A DNA stretch of 63,719 nucleotides, counting the filler, from Octopus bimaculoides (taxonomy: Eukaryota): NCBI RefSeq assembly GCF_001194135.2. It is 9 parts of 9 records of this genome, joined end to end, with 100 filler letters (N's around TTAATTAATTAA, not from the genome) between each part and the next. Parts side by side here need not be neighbours in the genome. Positions count along the whole stretch, not along the records: positions 4,421 to 32,989 come from NC_068982.1; 8 more parts are not named here. The stretch is one strand, 5' to 3'. A program made the position numbers and the translations under genes. The notes under the pieces were generated by a model. The model saw only the letters and a list, made by a program, of their open reading frames with translations, did not search any database and was not told the DNA's origin. Shown piece by piece: positions 14,882 to 27,672 of the stretch (its first letter is position 1; each line of letters begins with the position of its first letter).

Positions 14882-15361
14882 CATACACACACACTTACAC
14901 ACACAGACACACACACTTACACGTGTGCGTGCGCATGCACACGCTCATGATGGCTGCACCTTGAGTTAAAGCAATATAATACCTAGATGCTTGGCCAAAA
15001 GCAGCACAGATGTGATTTTTCAACCTTGGTAAGGGCCCAGACTCTCCTGCACAGATGTGACGCCTCTCATTGCAGTTATTCAAATATTCGTCACTCACAC
15101 TGATATATGTCTTCGTTCCATCGTGAAATTTTTCAGAGTGTTTTACCTTTTGTCCGCTACGACCAGCCGTAGTATAGCAACGCATAATACAGTTATTGAA
15201 AATGAAAGTCTGTCTGTGCTCGAAGCGTTTTAAAGCAAGGAAAAGCCTTGAACAGAGCTAATTCCTACTCTCTCACCAATACATGCATTTGTTCATAAAG
15301 TCTAGTCTACGTTATTGGATGCAAACAAAGTTGCGGGTGTTACATCAGAATTTTCTTTCTC

Positions 15362-15736
15362 CTAGAGCTGGGATTCTCAACTATTTTTTACCTGTGGACT
15401 CCTTTGATTACTATTTTATTCTGGTGGACCCCATAGCCATTCGATGTTCAAAAACTTGTTTCATAGAAACTGCTTTCAAATTCTTATTTTGTTTTTCACC
15501 CATAAACTTACTTGTGTGGATTGATCTTCGTAAATTGTTAAAGAAAGAAACCTATCTGTTTCTTGCAATGCATACCCCTACATACATCTAAAACAAAATT
15601 TTTTCAGGGGCCCTTAAAATACTATTGCAGGATCCCCAATTTACTAATTTGCTACTTGGACCCCGACCAAAAATAATAAAAGCTTATATTAACCCTCAGG
15701 TGCCATTTGGATCCCACTTGAGAATCATTGTCCTAG
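15362..15736. mobile_element. Old hAT/Charlie-like MITE
   Basis: Imperfect terminal inverted repeats ctagagctgggattctcaac / ttgagaatcattgtcctag resemble the CAGTGGTTCTCAAC ends of hAT elements. Confidence 0.5.
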
Positions 15737-18042
15737 AGGGATGTCTAAACAAACACTAGGGCACTCTAAACCCCAGTTTTGCTTTTCGTCCGGCAGTGTG
15801 TCCAGCAAAAACCGAACTTCTTACCAAAGAAGTATGGTAGCGTTGCCGACCCCCGACCATACAATGGATTGTTCTGGGTTACGTGAGTGACTTGACAGAA
15901 ATATATACATTCATGCATGTGTGTGTGTGTGTATGTATGAGACATATGTCTTCATTCCATCATAAAATTTTTCATTGAGTCCTTTGCCTTCTTCGGTTAC
16001 GGTCTCCTCAAATACAATACATATCGCTTATCTGAAGTTGATACAGCTACTGGTTTCCCGATGCCCTACTAGCATTTTATCTTTTTCACAATGGGGAAAA
16101 GACATTGGTGCCGAACGAAGACAATTATTCCAAAGAAAATTCCACACTGAACCAAACATGTGTGCTGAAGTTCAAATGCAATGTACTGTAGGTATTTCTG
16201 AGCGCTGAAATGGTGATCATATTTTAATTTGACAGATGAAGAATTCTATGTAGAGGAATAGTATTTCGGTATCATTTTTGTACTAGAATCATTCTAGAAA
16301 CAATATTTTGCTTGCAAGTAATTGTCAGCTCAATTAAAATCTATGTTATATCCCCAAACCTTTTAGCTCCATTGAAGTTGCATTTGTTTCCACACCCTAG
16401 GTATGATAAACCAAAAAAAAAAAAAAGAAAAAGAAAGAAAAAACCTGTACCTGTTCATACAACTTCTTAGGAATAGTAGCCAAACATGCCTCAAATAATA
16501 CTCAATCGTCTTAAAAAGACAAAGATGCATTTGATAATAGAATAATGTAGTTCGAGACATACTATTCCTGGAAATATGACTGAGTGATCGTGACTTGAAT
16601 GCATTTCGTCATAGATTTGCTCAATTAAGGTCGTCTTGTATGCTAAACAACCACAATCCTAAGTATGTGCTATACCCGATTAGTCACATGAAATGCAAAT
16701 ATAAATTCCATAATGCCAGTCTCACTAATGTGATTAACTTCTTGTCTAAAAATTTCATGCACAAAAAGAATCACTACCACCACCAAAAATCCTTTTATAA
16801 AATTTGAGCATTTTTCACACATAAATGAATTTTCTTGAAGTTCTGTATGTATGAGCAAGAAAGAAAAAATATCTACTTATAATTTAGATCGAAACTGTAT
16901 CATATACCTTCATAAACTTGGAATCTACGCATCTAAATTGTTGGCGTTTTTAAGATTATTGGTTCTCGCTTTGTAATGTTATTGTTGGAATATTGCCAAT
17001 AAATAAGGAAGACATAAGAAGATGCAAGCACTTCAAGTAAGATATATTCCGATATGGGAGTGGGGTTTGTAAAAATCGTTTCAACAAACAGACTTAAACG
17101 AGATTCTAAATGTGATGTGATGTTTTTCTGATCGAGCTAGAGAAAGCAATAAAATTTGATAAAACGTTCAGAAATCAGTGTAACAGCTAATCGTTATAGA
17201 GACTATTGCAAACCAATGTATCATATTTGGATGCATTGATTCATAATTACCATATTAAAAACTGTGTAATTTTCTGTAATTCTTTAAACTGATGATAAAG
17301 TACTTCAAATTCCATCTAGATGGTGTGATTCGAAAGAAAAAAAGAAAAACAAGCAGTGGAATTTTCCATATTTCTTTATTTGATTTGATGTTACATTTCC
17401 AAGTTGACGACACACCCTAAGTAATATTTATGCTACATTACTTCAAACGAATGGGTTGTACTTCAAAAGATATTTATTTTCAACTAAGTGCACTCAGTCA
17501 CATGGAATCAAGTGATATATTCAAGGACAAAGAACACTACTGATAGCAGGATCCGACACTACGATTATTATTCAACAAGCTAACGTCCGAACGTTTCATG
17601 TGAAATGTCTATAACCGGAAAACAAAATGAGGTTGACGACTCCAGTTGGTGAACAACAATGAAGTTTGTTATATTGTATGTCGCATAAAATGATTAGCTG
17701 TACGTCTATAAGATACTTAGTTTCCAATAAATGGACCTAGTTCAGAGGGTATCTAATACAAATACATCGACGCTTGCGTGTCTGTCTACTCTCGGCAGCA
17801 TGAGCACCTAAAACAAATAGCGAAATCATGGTACATATGCTACCGAGTCATACTCGCTAACGCGTGACGGACAGTATTAGTTTTAGTGTATGTGTGTATG
17901 TGTGTGTGTGAGAGAAAGAGAGAGATAAAATGAGAGTATGTATATATACAGGCATATGTACACAGATAACAGTGTGTTTATATATAGAAATATTAATATT
18001 TCTAAGTCTCTCTAAAGGAGACTACGACAGCGGTACTGGATA

Positions 18043-18432
18043 TTAATAGTTATCGCCAAGCTAACATGGCAGTCCAAAAAAATAGGACGAATGCTGCCGT
18101 TGATTAGCTCCAAGAGGCCATCGCCTCCAGTTAGCTATGTGACACACGAACCTGTGTCCATTAGCGCTAACTACGGCCCTGGTGGGACCGTCCACCTAAA
18201 AACACCGGGCGTCTAGGCTAGGTAGATTCTGCGTCGAGCTTCTGTCGCACACGCGTAGATGAACGATCTCCGGATGCGTGGCTTGTACACAAAAGTCGGC
18301 AGCACCGCTTCGACTGGCGAGGTTCGTGTGTCACATAGCTAGCTAGCTAGAGGCAGTGACCTCTTGGAGCTAATCAACGGCACCATTAGTCCTATTTTTG
18401 GGACTGCCATGTTAGCTTGGCGATAGCTATTA

Positions 18433-18433
<1 letters not shown>
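18043..18433. mobile_element. MITE with ~110-bp terminal inverted repeats, TTAA at both ends
   Basis: 18043-18153 is the reverse complement of 18320-18433 (about 90% by eye). The right-end fragment recurs at 32102-32146. Confidence 0.9.
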
Positions 18434-18477
<44 letters not shown>

Positions 18478-18639
18478 CACAATAATGAAAATCGAGATTT
18501 GCATATCGATAATTTATTTTACAGTTATTTACAGCATATTGTAATGACTTAAACGTGTTTCCACTGCAGCGACTGCACACTGTTGCAGTCCTGAATAGGA
18601 CACACGGAATTACCTAAAAAGAAAATTTACCAATGTCTA

Positions 18640-20228
18640 ACAACTTGTAAGAATAGGCATCGAATACGGACCGTTGTATTAGCCGGCATCTGGGACCGAA
18701 CTGAGAGCAAAACCAGCAAAGGGTACATAGCAAGACCATTGCAGATCCCCTTCCAAAGTTTCTTAGCAAGTGGTAGACTTCCAAGAAAGTTAAAATAGGA
18801 CATATGCCCTATTCATAAAGGAGGAAGCAGATCAGATGATAAAAGTTCTCTCTAACAACATATGTTGGCAAAGTCATGAAGCGAATTGTCAGGAGGAAGC
18901 TTTTTACGTTTCTAGAAGACAATGACTTGCTCTCTGACACCCATCATGGCTCTCTCAGGAAGAAGCTGCCTTATATGGCTTCCACAGCTTAATGAGTGTG
19001 TGTTGAAACGATTTATGAATCACTCAGATGTGGATGTAATTATATCTCGATTTTTAAAGGTCTTTGATAAGGTTGATAACAGGATGATACGCCACAATTT
19101 GCGAAGATTCAGCATAGTTGGAAAACTGGGAAAATGATTGCACAACTTCTTAAAAGATTGAAACCAGGTTTTAGCAGCCAATAGAACCCTCTCCAAAGAC
19201 ATAATAATAGCGAGGGGAGTACTCCAGGAAACTGTCTTGGGGCTGCTGCTGTTTGTTGTGGCCCTCTCAGATACACTATCAGTTATACACGCAACCACTT
19301 TTACTAACTATGCTGATGGCACAAAAGCAGTACAAGCAATCAAGATTCCTTTCGATGCAGAATATGTAATGGACTGAAGAATACAATATGCAATTTAACA
19401 CAAGAAAATTCTTCACTATCAACCAGTTTGTACTAACACGCCACAACAAAAGTGCTTTAAACCAAAAGGAGCGTCACTCCTAGATTCAAAGCCAGTGATG
19501 ACTTGTGGATTGATATGAACAACAAAGCATCATTTCATGTATGGATCACGATGATGGTGAATGCAGTATGCGGGTGAATGGTTGCATGGATTCTGAGACT
19601 TTCAGAACAAGAGACCAGAAAATAATGCTGCTCCTATGGATGACATTTATCTTCAATCGTCTGGATGATCACTCTTAGTTATGGTCACCCAACAGTTTCA
19701 ATTCAAAAGCGGAACTCGAGGTAGTTCATGGGTGAAACATCAAGAAGATTGCTTAAAAAACATTGAAGCTACTGGTAGAGACTTAAATAATAGCGACGCT
19801 ACTCTTTAGCGCGAAGATAGCAAAGATATGCAGTTATATACATATTGATACCGAGATTAATGCCAGTCCTTGAACTGGACGCTACTTCAGTGTTCCGAAG
19901 GTCCTGCCCATCCCGTTAAAGTAAGGGCCAGGTAATGCAATTCTTTGGGATTCAAAGGCCAACGTCTAGTTAATATTTTGCCAAAAAAGTTGAAAGATCT
20001 ACTTGCAAAGGGGTGAGGTAGATGTTTTCAAGAATTACCTTGTCCTTCTATTGTCCAAGATCCCAGATGAACCTACAACACGGCAAGAAACTCAAGCGAG
20101 GGTAGTAATACCAAGCTCCCTCATTCACCAAAAGACATCCATAAAAGAATGAACATTGAAAGGTGATGATATTCAAGGTGCCCCAACATGGCCACGGGCT
20201 TTAGGCTGAAATGCATAAAAGAATAAAG
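18640..20228 (+). mobile_element. Decayed CR1-like LINE (RT domain to 3' end)
   Basis: IARPLQ..F...G.LP..PIHKGGS, DVIISRFLKVFDKVD, GVLQETVLGLLLF, NYADGTK and C-terminal FKNYL.LLLSKIPDEPT. Confidence 0.8.
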
Positions 20229-20271
20229 TATGTGTGTGTGTGTGTGTGTGTGTGTCTGTGTGTGTTGTGTG

Positions 20272-20683
20272 TACACGAGGAGGTGCTGAAAAGGTGGCTT
20301 TGAGTAAAAGAAAATACAAGAGAATCAGTTAGTTATGATTTTATTCAACATATTTCTCTCTCGGATTCACACATTTATAAAGGCGGCGAGCTGGCAGAAA
20401 CGTTAGTACGCCGGACGAAATGCTTAGCGGTATTTCATCTGTCTTTACGTTCTGAGTTCAAATTCTGCTGAATTAAGTACTTGTTGCGTACTGGGGTTGA
20501 TCTAATCGACTGGCCCCCTCCCCCGAAATCTCGGGCCTTGTGCCTAAGTAGAAAAGATTCACACACTTATTGCAGCAGTTCTTCAGTTTTTCTAAACCCT
20601 GTAAAAGAAATAGGAAGAATAGGCCTCCAGCCAGCCCTTTCGCGATACCCTTAAAGCTAAGAACTTTTCAACACCCTCTTGTA
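20272..20683 (-). mobile_element. Non-autonomous mariner-derived element, interrupted by a SINE
   Basis: TA-bounded TIRs (ta)cacgaggaggtgctgaaaag.. / ..cttttcaacaccctcttg(ta). After removing the SINE, the minus strand reads KLKNCCNKCVNPREKYVE*, resembling a mariner transposase C-terminus. Confidence 0.75.
20374..20555 (+). mobile_element. SINE type B with 10-bp target-site duplication
   Basis: GATTCACACA at 20364-20373 and 20556-20565. Confidence 0.9.
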
Positions 20684-20689
20684 TATATT

Positions 20690-21075
20690 TGATTGATGGC
20701 ACTCCGTCGCTTACGACGTCGAGGGTTCCAGTTGATCCGATCAACGGAACAGCCTGCTCGTGAAATTAACGTGCAAGTGGCTGAGCATTCCACAGACACG
20801 TGTACCCTTAACGTAGTTCTCGGGGATATTCAGCGTGATACAGTGTGACAAGGCTGGCCCTTTGAAATACAGGTACAACAGAAACAGGAAGTAAGAGTGA
20901 GAGAAAGTTGTGGTGAAAGAGTACAGCAGGGTTCGCCACCATCCCCTGCCGGAGCCTCGTGGAGCTTTAGGTGTTTTCGCTCAATAAACACTCACAACGC
21001 CCGGTCTGGGAATCGAAACTGCGATCCTATGACCGCGAGTCCGCTGCCCTAATCACTGGGCCATTGCGCCTCCAC
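20690..21075 (-). mobile_element. Full-length tRNA-derived SINE (middle module M1 + tail T1) with 12-bp TSD
   Basis: tRNA-like head on the minus strand (ggcgcaatggcccagtgattagggc...gtttcgattccc). CTTGTATATATT at 20678-20689 and 21076-21087. Confidence 0.9.
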
Positions 21076-21507
21076 CTTGTATATATTACAGAACTGAAAT
21101 TACTCTGTTATTCTTCCACTCATTCATGATCTCAAACGCGCGTGTGTGTGTGTGTGTGTGTGTAAAATTAAGTTCAAATTTATCCTAATCATTTTCAGTA
21201 TTGCTATCATTTGCAACTTTCTATTCTTTCTAATTTCGTATCCAAGCTAAAATCCTGGTTTCAATTTCGTGACACCTACGTTTTGATTCTTCTTTTACAT
21301 TATTAATCACTTGTATAATTAATGCCTTTGAGCTGTTTCCCTTTCCTCTTTACTATAAATTTTCCTTAAATAATTGGTGCCCTCGAGGCATTAATTATGT
21401 TAGAGATTAATTATATAATTTGCCCTTTCCTCTCCGTTAAATGTCCCGTGTATGATTGTGTGTCTATGTATGTGTGTGTGTATGTGTGTGTGTGAGAGCA
21501 CACACAC

Positions 21508-21549
<42 letters not shown>

Positions 21550-23278
21550 ATTATAAGGTGTTAATGCCCTAAAAAAAGCGCATGAATATCGCAGTTCCTG
21601 CTTCCTTTGATAAAATTGTATTCATTTCCTCCGCATCTTTTCAGCTAAAATCTGTGTGGACCAACTTCATATTCATCATTCATATATCTGAATCGATTCG
21701 TCTTTTGAAATTCCGGAAGCTTTTTACCAACGCAAAAGAAATGTTATTTGCATTTTTTTTTTTAGTTTTTTGGGGGTTTTTTTCGTGATGCATAACCCCA
21801 GATTAGCTCCTGAGCAGTCCTATCATATATAGGTAACCCGCAGAGCAATTCGCTGCCACCAACTTATCTATTATTCAAGATATAACATGCCCCCGCCTCA
21901 CGGAATATTATACTGCACACCCTGACATATAGTAATTAATCTTCTGGGATGTTGTATGACAGTTCATAATCATGGCTATTTCTAGACATCTGTAGTTTCT
22001 GGTTTTAGTATCGTGGAGGCAGCTAAAGTGGGCGTGATCAGAGAATAACAGTTGCATTTTCTCTTGCTCTTATAATTAGCTGCGTATATCGCAGTACAGT
22101 TATAGAGGGTAATTATGATATTGATGCTACGGTAAATTCTTTTTATTTCAACAGAGCAGCAGCAGTAATGCTTTTAGGATAGTGTTGTACTAGAGTTCTA
22201 GATGTTGTAGGTGTACCTAGATGTACCCAGATGTACCTAGGTGTACTGTCAAGGAGTGTGAAGGTTGAATTTTGCTACAGCAACGAATTTCATTCTCACG
22301 TGTGCAGGAAGTCTTAAATTTTTAGTGTCTACTCTTTAGTTTTTGCAGGTGATCTATGAATGCGGATTCTGATAATAAGATGAAGTGAACCGTTTTTTAT
22401 TTGTTATTGTTTACTGTGGGTTCTCTATAAATATACAGGGTGCCTGCGTAGTCTTTTTAGTCTACTGTTATGTTTAAAAAATATGCTGCCCAGGATCGTA
22501 TATTTCGGATGTCCTAGGTGTGCGTTGCACACCCATCGAAAATGGAAAATTCATTATAAATATTAACTTTACTCATTGATTTAATCACAAATTTTAATGG
22601 AAAACTTTTGCTATGCCCCTTCTTAAAATTTTGTGACATTGGATGTGGTCGCACAACCAGACCTAAGTGAATGTATACTCTGGTTCATTTTCTTTTTATA
22701 CCATCTATGTTTGCTGTAGATGTTGTAAAAGTTGTTGCATGTAATTCCCAATATTTTTGCTTTGTCTGTGTATAGGGGGTATTTATATTGCTAAGTATGA
22801 TGGTTATATTTGATATTGTCTGATGTCACGTATTACAAAGGATACAGTGGAATTAGTAGGTGATGGTTTTATGTATGTTCCCTTTGACCCAGGTTCCTTT
22901 GCGATTGATGTATGCCTGAAATAGTAGTGCGTTATTATCTGGAGAATGGTGGAAGGACATGGGTCTGATGGCGTCTTTGCTTGAAGCTGCAGTAATCTTT
23001 TTGAAGAGACATGAGTATGTCGTATAGGTTTAAGGAAGTGAACAAGAGAACGGATCCCTCTAGTACCATATTCTGGAAATCGCAAATTCTTCGTGATTTG
23101 CTTTCGTTAATAGACTTAGCAACCTGGGATATAGTTTTCTAACCAGCATTTTGCATTGTTTAGAATTTAGCGTAAGAGTGGGAATCGAGAAACTGGGCCC
23201 GAAAGCTTAGTAATTAGGGTGATGTGTGTGAAGTGGTTAATAGTTGAAGCCATTATGTAAATTACATATTAGCGACAT

Positions 23279-23587
23279 TGTTGTTGTTTGTTTCTTCTCG
23301 AGCCATGCCTGGCTCATAAGGGGCAGCTTCCCAGTTTCATTGGTGTATAAGTTTTCCACCTGGACGGGACGCTGGTCCGTCGCAGGTGAGCTGCTAGATG
23401 CATGAGGAAAGAGTGAGAGAAAGTTGTGGCGAAAGAGTCAGCAGAAGTTCACTATTACTTTCTGCCTGAGCCGCGTGGAGCTTATGTGTTTCGCTTGTAA
23501 ACACACATATCACCCGGTCTGAGATTCGAACTCGCGATCCCTCGACCGCGAGTCCGCTGCGCTAACCACTAGGCCCTGTGCTTCCAC
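23279..23587 (-). mobile_element. Full-length tRNA-derived SINE (M1 + tail T2) with 11-bp TSD
   Basis: ATTAGCGACAT at 23268-23278 and 23588-23598. Head and middle are homologous to 20890-21075. Confidence 0.9.
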
Positions 23588-23738
23588 ATTAGCGACATAG
23601 GCAGTATTAATACTGAGAGGTAGTACTTATACCCACTTAAACGTGGATGTTCTGTTAGAACAAATTATATTACCGTAGATACCATAAGAAAAATCCCCAT
23701 ATTGGCTTTTAGACCAAAATGTATTCTTTTTTATATCA

Positions 23739-23868
23739 CTAGCGGAGAGATAAATCCCTGTCCCCTCCAAGGCCGAGACCTCCTGGTTATGTGATCTCGA
23801 CCTTCTTTAGTTTTGTCAATGATGGACGCTCGGCCGTTAGATATAGCAGCGACTCATCTCCCCGCTAG
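23739..23868. mobile_element. Putative 130-bp mini-MITE
   Basis: ctagcggagagataaatc versus the reverse complement of gactcatctccccgctag (about 15/18). Confidence 0.45.
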
Positions 23869-25949
23869 CTATATGTATATAGAAAAACAGAGTCAGAACA
23901 AGTGCTGGTGTCAAGATTAGTCAGTGAGCTTATTAAACAATATCTATTAGCGACAGAAGTAGTATTAATACTGAAAGGTAATATTTATCTCTACTTAAAC
24001 GTAGATGTTCTGTTAGAACAAACTATACTACGATAGATACCATAAGAGAAGCTCCCATATTGACTATGTAAATTTGCTATTGTTTAATCATAGACCAACT
24101 CCGATCGAACATACCCATCGCTTTCCTATAGTCAAAAGCATTCAATCCGTGATTCTCCCGTTTTTTCTGGTTTTTTTTTTTTTTTTTTAGATAAAACATT
24201 TATAATTTCAATATCCAATTTGTCCTCCCCTTTTTCGGACATTAGGTAATGATTTAAGAGAGATGAGACTTCTATTTTTAGCATGTCGAGCGACCACATA
24301 CAAGCTCTCTTATTGACTCTTGATATACTATTTGATCGTAGCGGTCTGATCTCATGTTGTGATTTAGAAAGAAGGTGTGGGTTGGTAATGCCGAGGGTGA
24401 GCCTTTCTAGGATTTTTGAGGTGTGCATTGGATAATGTTAAATCTGAATGTTGCTACTTCAGTTTGGTTTACGTCATGCTTTTAAACATTATGAGAATTT
24501 TTTCTGGTTCTTAGAATAACTTATCATTCAGATCTGTCACTCTCACTAGGCACGCCTTAAAATTCTAAAAAGACTCAGCCTAGAGTTACCAACCCATATT
24601 TTCTTATATGCTGTTTCTAATATATGAAAATAGTACCGATGCGTGAGAAGCAGAGGAACATACTAAGCGGTCTTACTTTCAGTCATTACCATATCAACTA
24701 ATCCTTTTTCCACACCAGTGTCGATATGTTTTCTTCTTTTCGCACACGAAAACACTGGAAGAATAATTTATGTCCATGACTTTCCTAGAAGCATTGGCGA
24801 TATAAATATAAGGAAAATATGAAACTTAGACTCCATATGCTTAGAAACTTAACGTTTTTTCTTGGGCGCTCGCCAACAAAGTTCAGAAAATAGCGGTTTC
24901 CTTTTGACGTACGTAAGTGGCGTACTGAATGCATAACATGAGGATCAGGTCGTATTCCTGATGCGCTGTAGTTTAGGGAAAGCACTGCTCTTTTTTTAAA
25001 TTAGGCACAGACAGTTTATAATTTGAGGCAGCATAAATGTGAAGTTATGGTCTTGAGGCGTTTTCCAGGGAGATTCGTGATGAAATATAAAAGAATTATC
25101 TTTAACTAGGGTGTGGAAGCCGCGTTGTAATTCCAACTTCTTTCTAGACATTACGTGCTAAACAGTATATTGGTCCGTCCACGTTTATCATGCTCTCTGA
25201 ATACTTTGGAAGATTTTTAATTATGCCAGAAAATAGAAGCTGTTAGCCCCTGACTCAACTCTCCTCCATTTCTTGGAGGAAATGAATACAGTGAGTGATT
25301 CTTACACAACTCTTGAGCAGTACAGTGTAACCGATTCTGAGAAAAGAAAAGAGAACAATTATCTTTCACCGATGTTAGAAACCGCATTACGATCCCAGCT
25401 TGCCAGGAACATATCTCATGTTCTACGACTGCAGTGAAACTCAAGGAAATATCAGCAATAAATTGGAATCTAGTCAAATGACTCATCCGTACAAAAATAT
25501 CTCATGTCTATAGAATAAAAAAGAAAATTTCTAGTTGTCTTGAAGGTAGAGAACCGAATTAGATAGTAATATGATGTCAGTTACAGTGACTAACGATTTT
25601 GCATTCAAATCCAGCTAGTTTCAACTTAGTCTTTTATCCTAAATTGGATCGATAATACAAGCAACACTAACATATTGGATTTGTATGGATCTAATTTGTT
25701 CTTTTCATAAATAAAGATAAAATGCAAAAGCGACTTCTGTTCAATAAATATTCCCCCCCTCTCTTATTATTCAGTAAAAAAACAAAGAAAAAACGAAAAA
25801 CAAAAACGAAACAATCAAAACACACAAAATGGTCAGGAGGATAAGCTTATGTAGACTTTACATTGTATCTCTGGGCAACTGGCTTAATTCTCTACATTTA
25901 TATTCAACTAGCTTTCGCTTGTGGATACTAGATATTCAGAGAATAACAT

Positions 25950-25980
25950 TAACGGTAGACTGACTGATGTAGTAGTAGTG

Positions 25981-26051
<71 letters not shown>

Positions 26052-26300
26052 TGTTGTTGTTGTTGTTTTTGTTGTTGTTGTTGATGTTCTTCTTCTTCTT
26101 CTTCTTCTTCTTCTTCTTCTTCTTCTTCTTCTTCTTCTTCTTCTTCTTCTTCTTCTTCTTCTTCCTGGTGATGATGAGATCAGATAATGATGTTATTGTC
26201 AGTGATGTTGCTGATCTTGATGGTAATGATGATGATGCTGTTGCGTCTACTGCTACTGCGTTGCTGTTGTTGTTGTTCTTGTTGTTGTTGTTGTTGTTAT
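25950..26300. repeat. Compound (GTA)n(GTT)n(CTT)n trinucleotide microsatellite
   Basis: Directly visible. Confidence 0.95.
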
Positions 26301-26655
26301 GTGAACCGAGGTCAACTTTCATCGCGCAGATCTGCGATCAAAAGTTTTCCAACCGTGATCAGCCTGTCTTTTCAGGGTTATATCTAGGACTACATCATCC
26401 ATTGTGTCCTTTTCTTATTTCACAAAGTAAGATACAATTTGAGGAAGATTTGAGCTACTGCTTCTAACAAAGCAGATGAAATGAATATGGAAAGGGGTCC
26501 TTCGTTTGCTCTGCAAAAAAACTACTGTGCTATCAAGTGAATATAGTCTATTACCCTCCGCTGAATGTAGAGATAAATACCGGTTTTATGGGCAGTATTA
26601 CTGTCTGTGAATAATTCTCATCTAAACGACTTGAAATATATAAACTCGAAGATGT

Positions 26656-26755
<100 letters not shown>

Positions 26756-26971
26756 ATATGTAACAAAAATGTTCGGCAACATGTCTGAAAACAATCGCAA
26801 ATGTATTACCTGAAGAAATGGCACTTTGTGTAAACAAGAACTTGCATAATGTTACATAGTAAGTTACGCAATAGTACTCATGTTCTGAATAAACATGCTA
26901 TGGAAGCATAACATGTAGTTATACCCTAAAATATTCATCCGATTTTATTCTTGTTTAATATACATATATGC

Positions 26972-27027
<56 letters not shown>

Positions 27028-27246
27028 ATAAAAATTAAAAATAGAGTTTGTATGATAGTGCATAGAGGAATATATTATTCAAAAGAATTCCAACTCAGTC
27101 TGTTTTTTATGTTTTATTTATATTCTTATAAAATTAATGTGGGATATAGAATATGGAATATATAATATATATAGTAAAATGAAATGAAATATTGAATGTC
27201 TTATTGAAAAAGTATACTTTCCTGCTTTCTAGCAGTCTTCAAGGTC

Positions 27247-27495
27247 ATATTTGCCAACTAAATGTGGCGGTCTCATAGAGGGCGATGTTACTGTTGTTTT
27301 TAGCCCCAAGAAGACATCTCTTCCAGCTGGTTAACAACACACTGTCTATGTCCGATTAGTATTTGCGAGGGGAAGTCATCGTACCCATCACTAGCCTTAC
27401 GTGATACACACAGACCCGGGTTTCTGGAGGATTACCCCTCTCCAGTGTGTGATAATTACCAGTTAATGCGACCGCCACTTTTAGTTGGCAAATAT
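27247..27495. mobile_element. ~250-bp MITE with 26-bp TIRs
   Basis: atatttgccaactaaatgtggcggtc / gaccgccacttttagttggcaaatat (1 mismatch). Confidence 0.8.
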
Positions 27496-27672
27496 ATTTT
27501 ACGATTTTGTTCTGTTACTGTTTATCTCTCGCTCAGAGATTTAATATAGCTTATTTCTCCTTTTACGAGATGAGCGACAGTTTGTCGCCGAAAAATGCAT
27601 TTAGAATTTTGCGAGTGGAATTAGTTTTCATCACTAGCTGGTGATTATCATACACTGAAGACGGGCAACTAC

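Larger units (their letters stand above)
21790..24480 (-). mobile_element. Very decayed non-LTR retrotransposon (I/Jockey-group-like RT)
   Basis: Minus-strand remnants SKILERL....PHLLSKSQHEIRP (24132-24428 ORF), VLEGSVL..LNLYD (GVPQGSVL-like, ~23050) and KILGIT (~22745). Clade assignment is tentative. Confidence 0.55.

Noticed and set aside
14895-16208. ORFs 14895-15185 (-) and 15975-16208 (+) as host exons
   Set aside because: No recognisable homology or consistent splice-site pair; lengths are within chance expectation.
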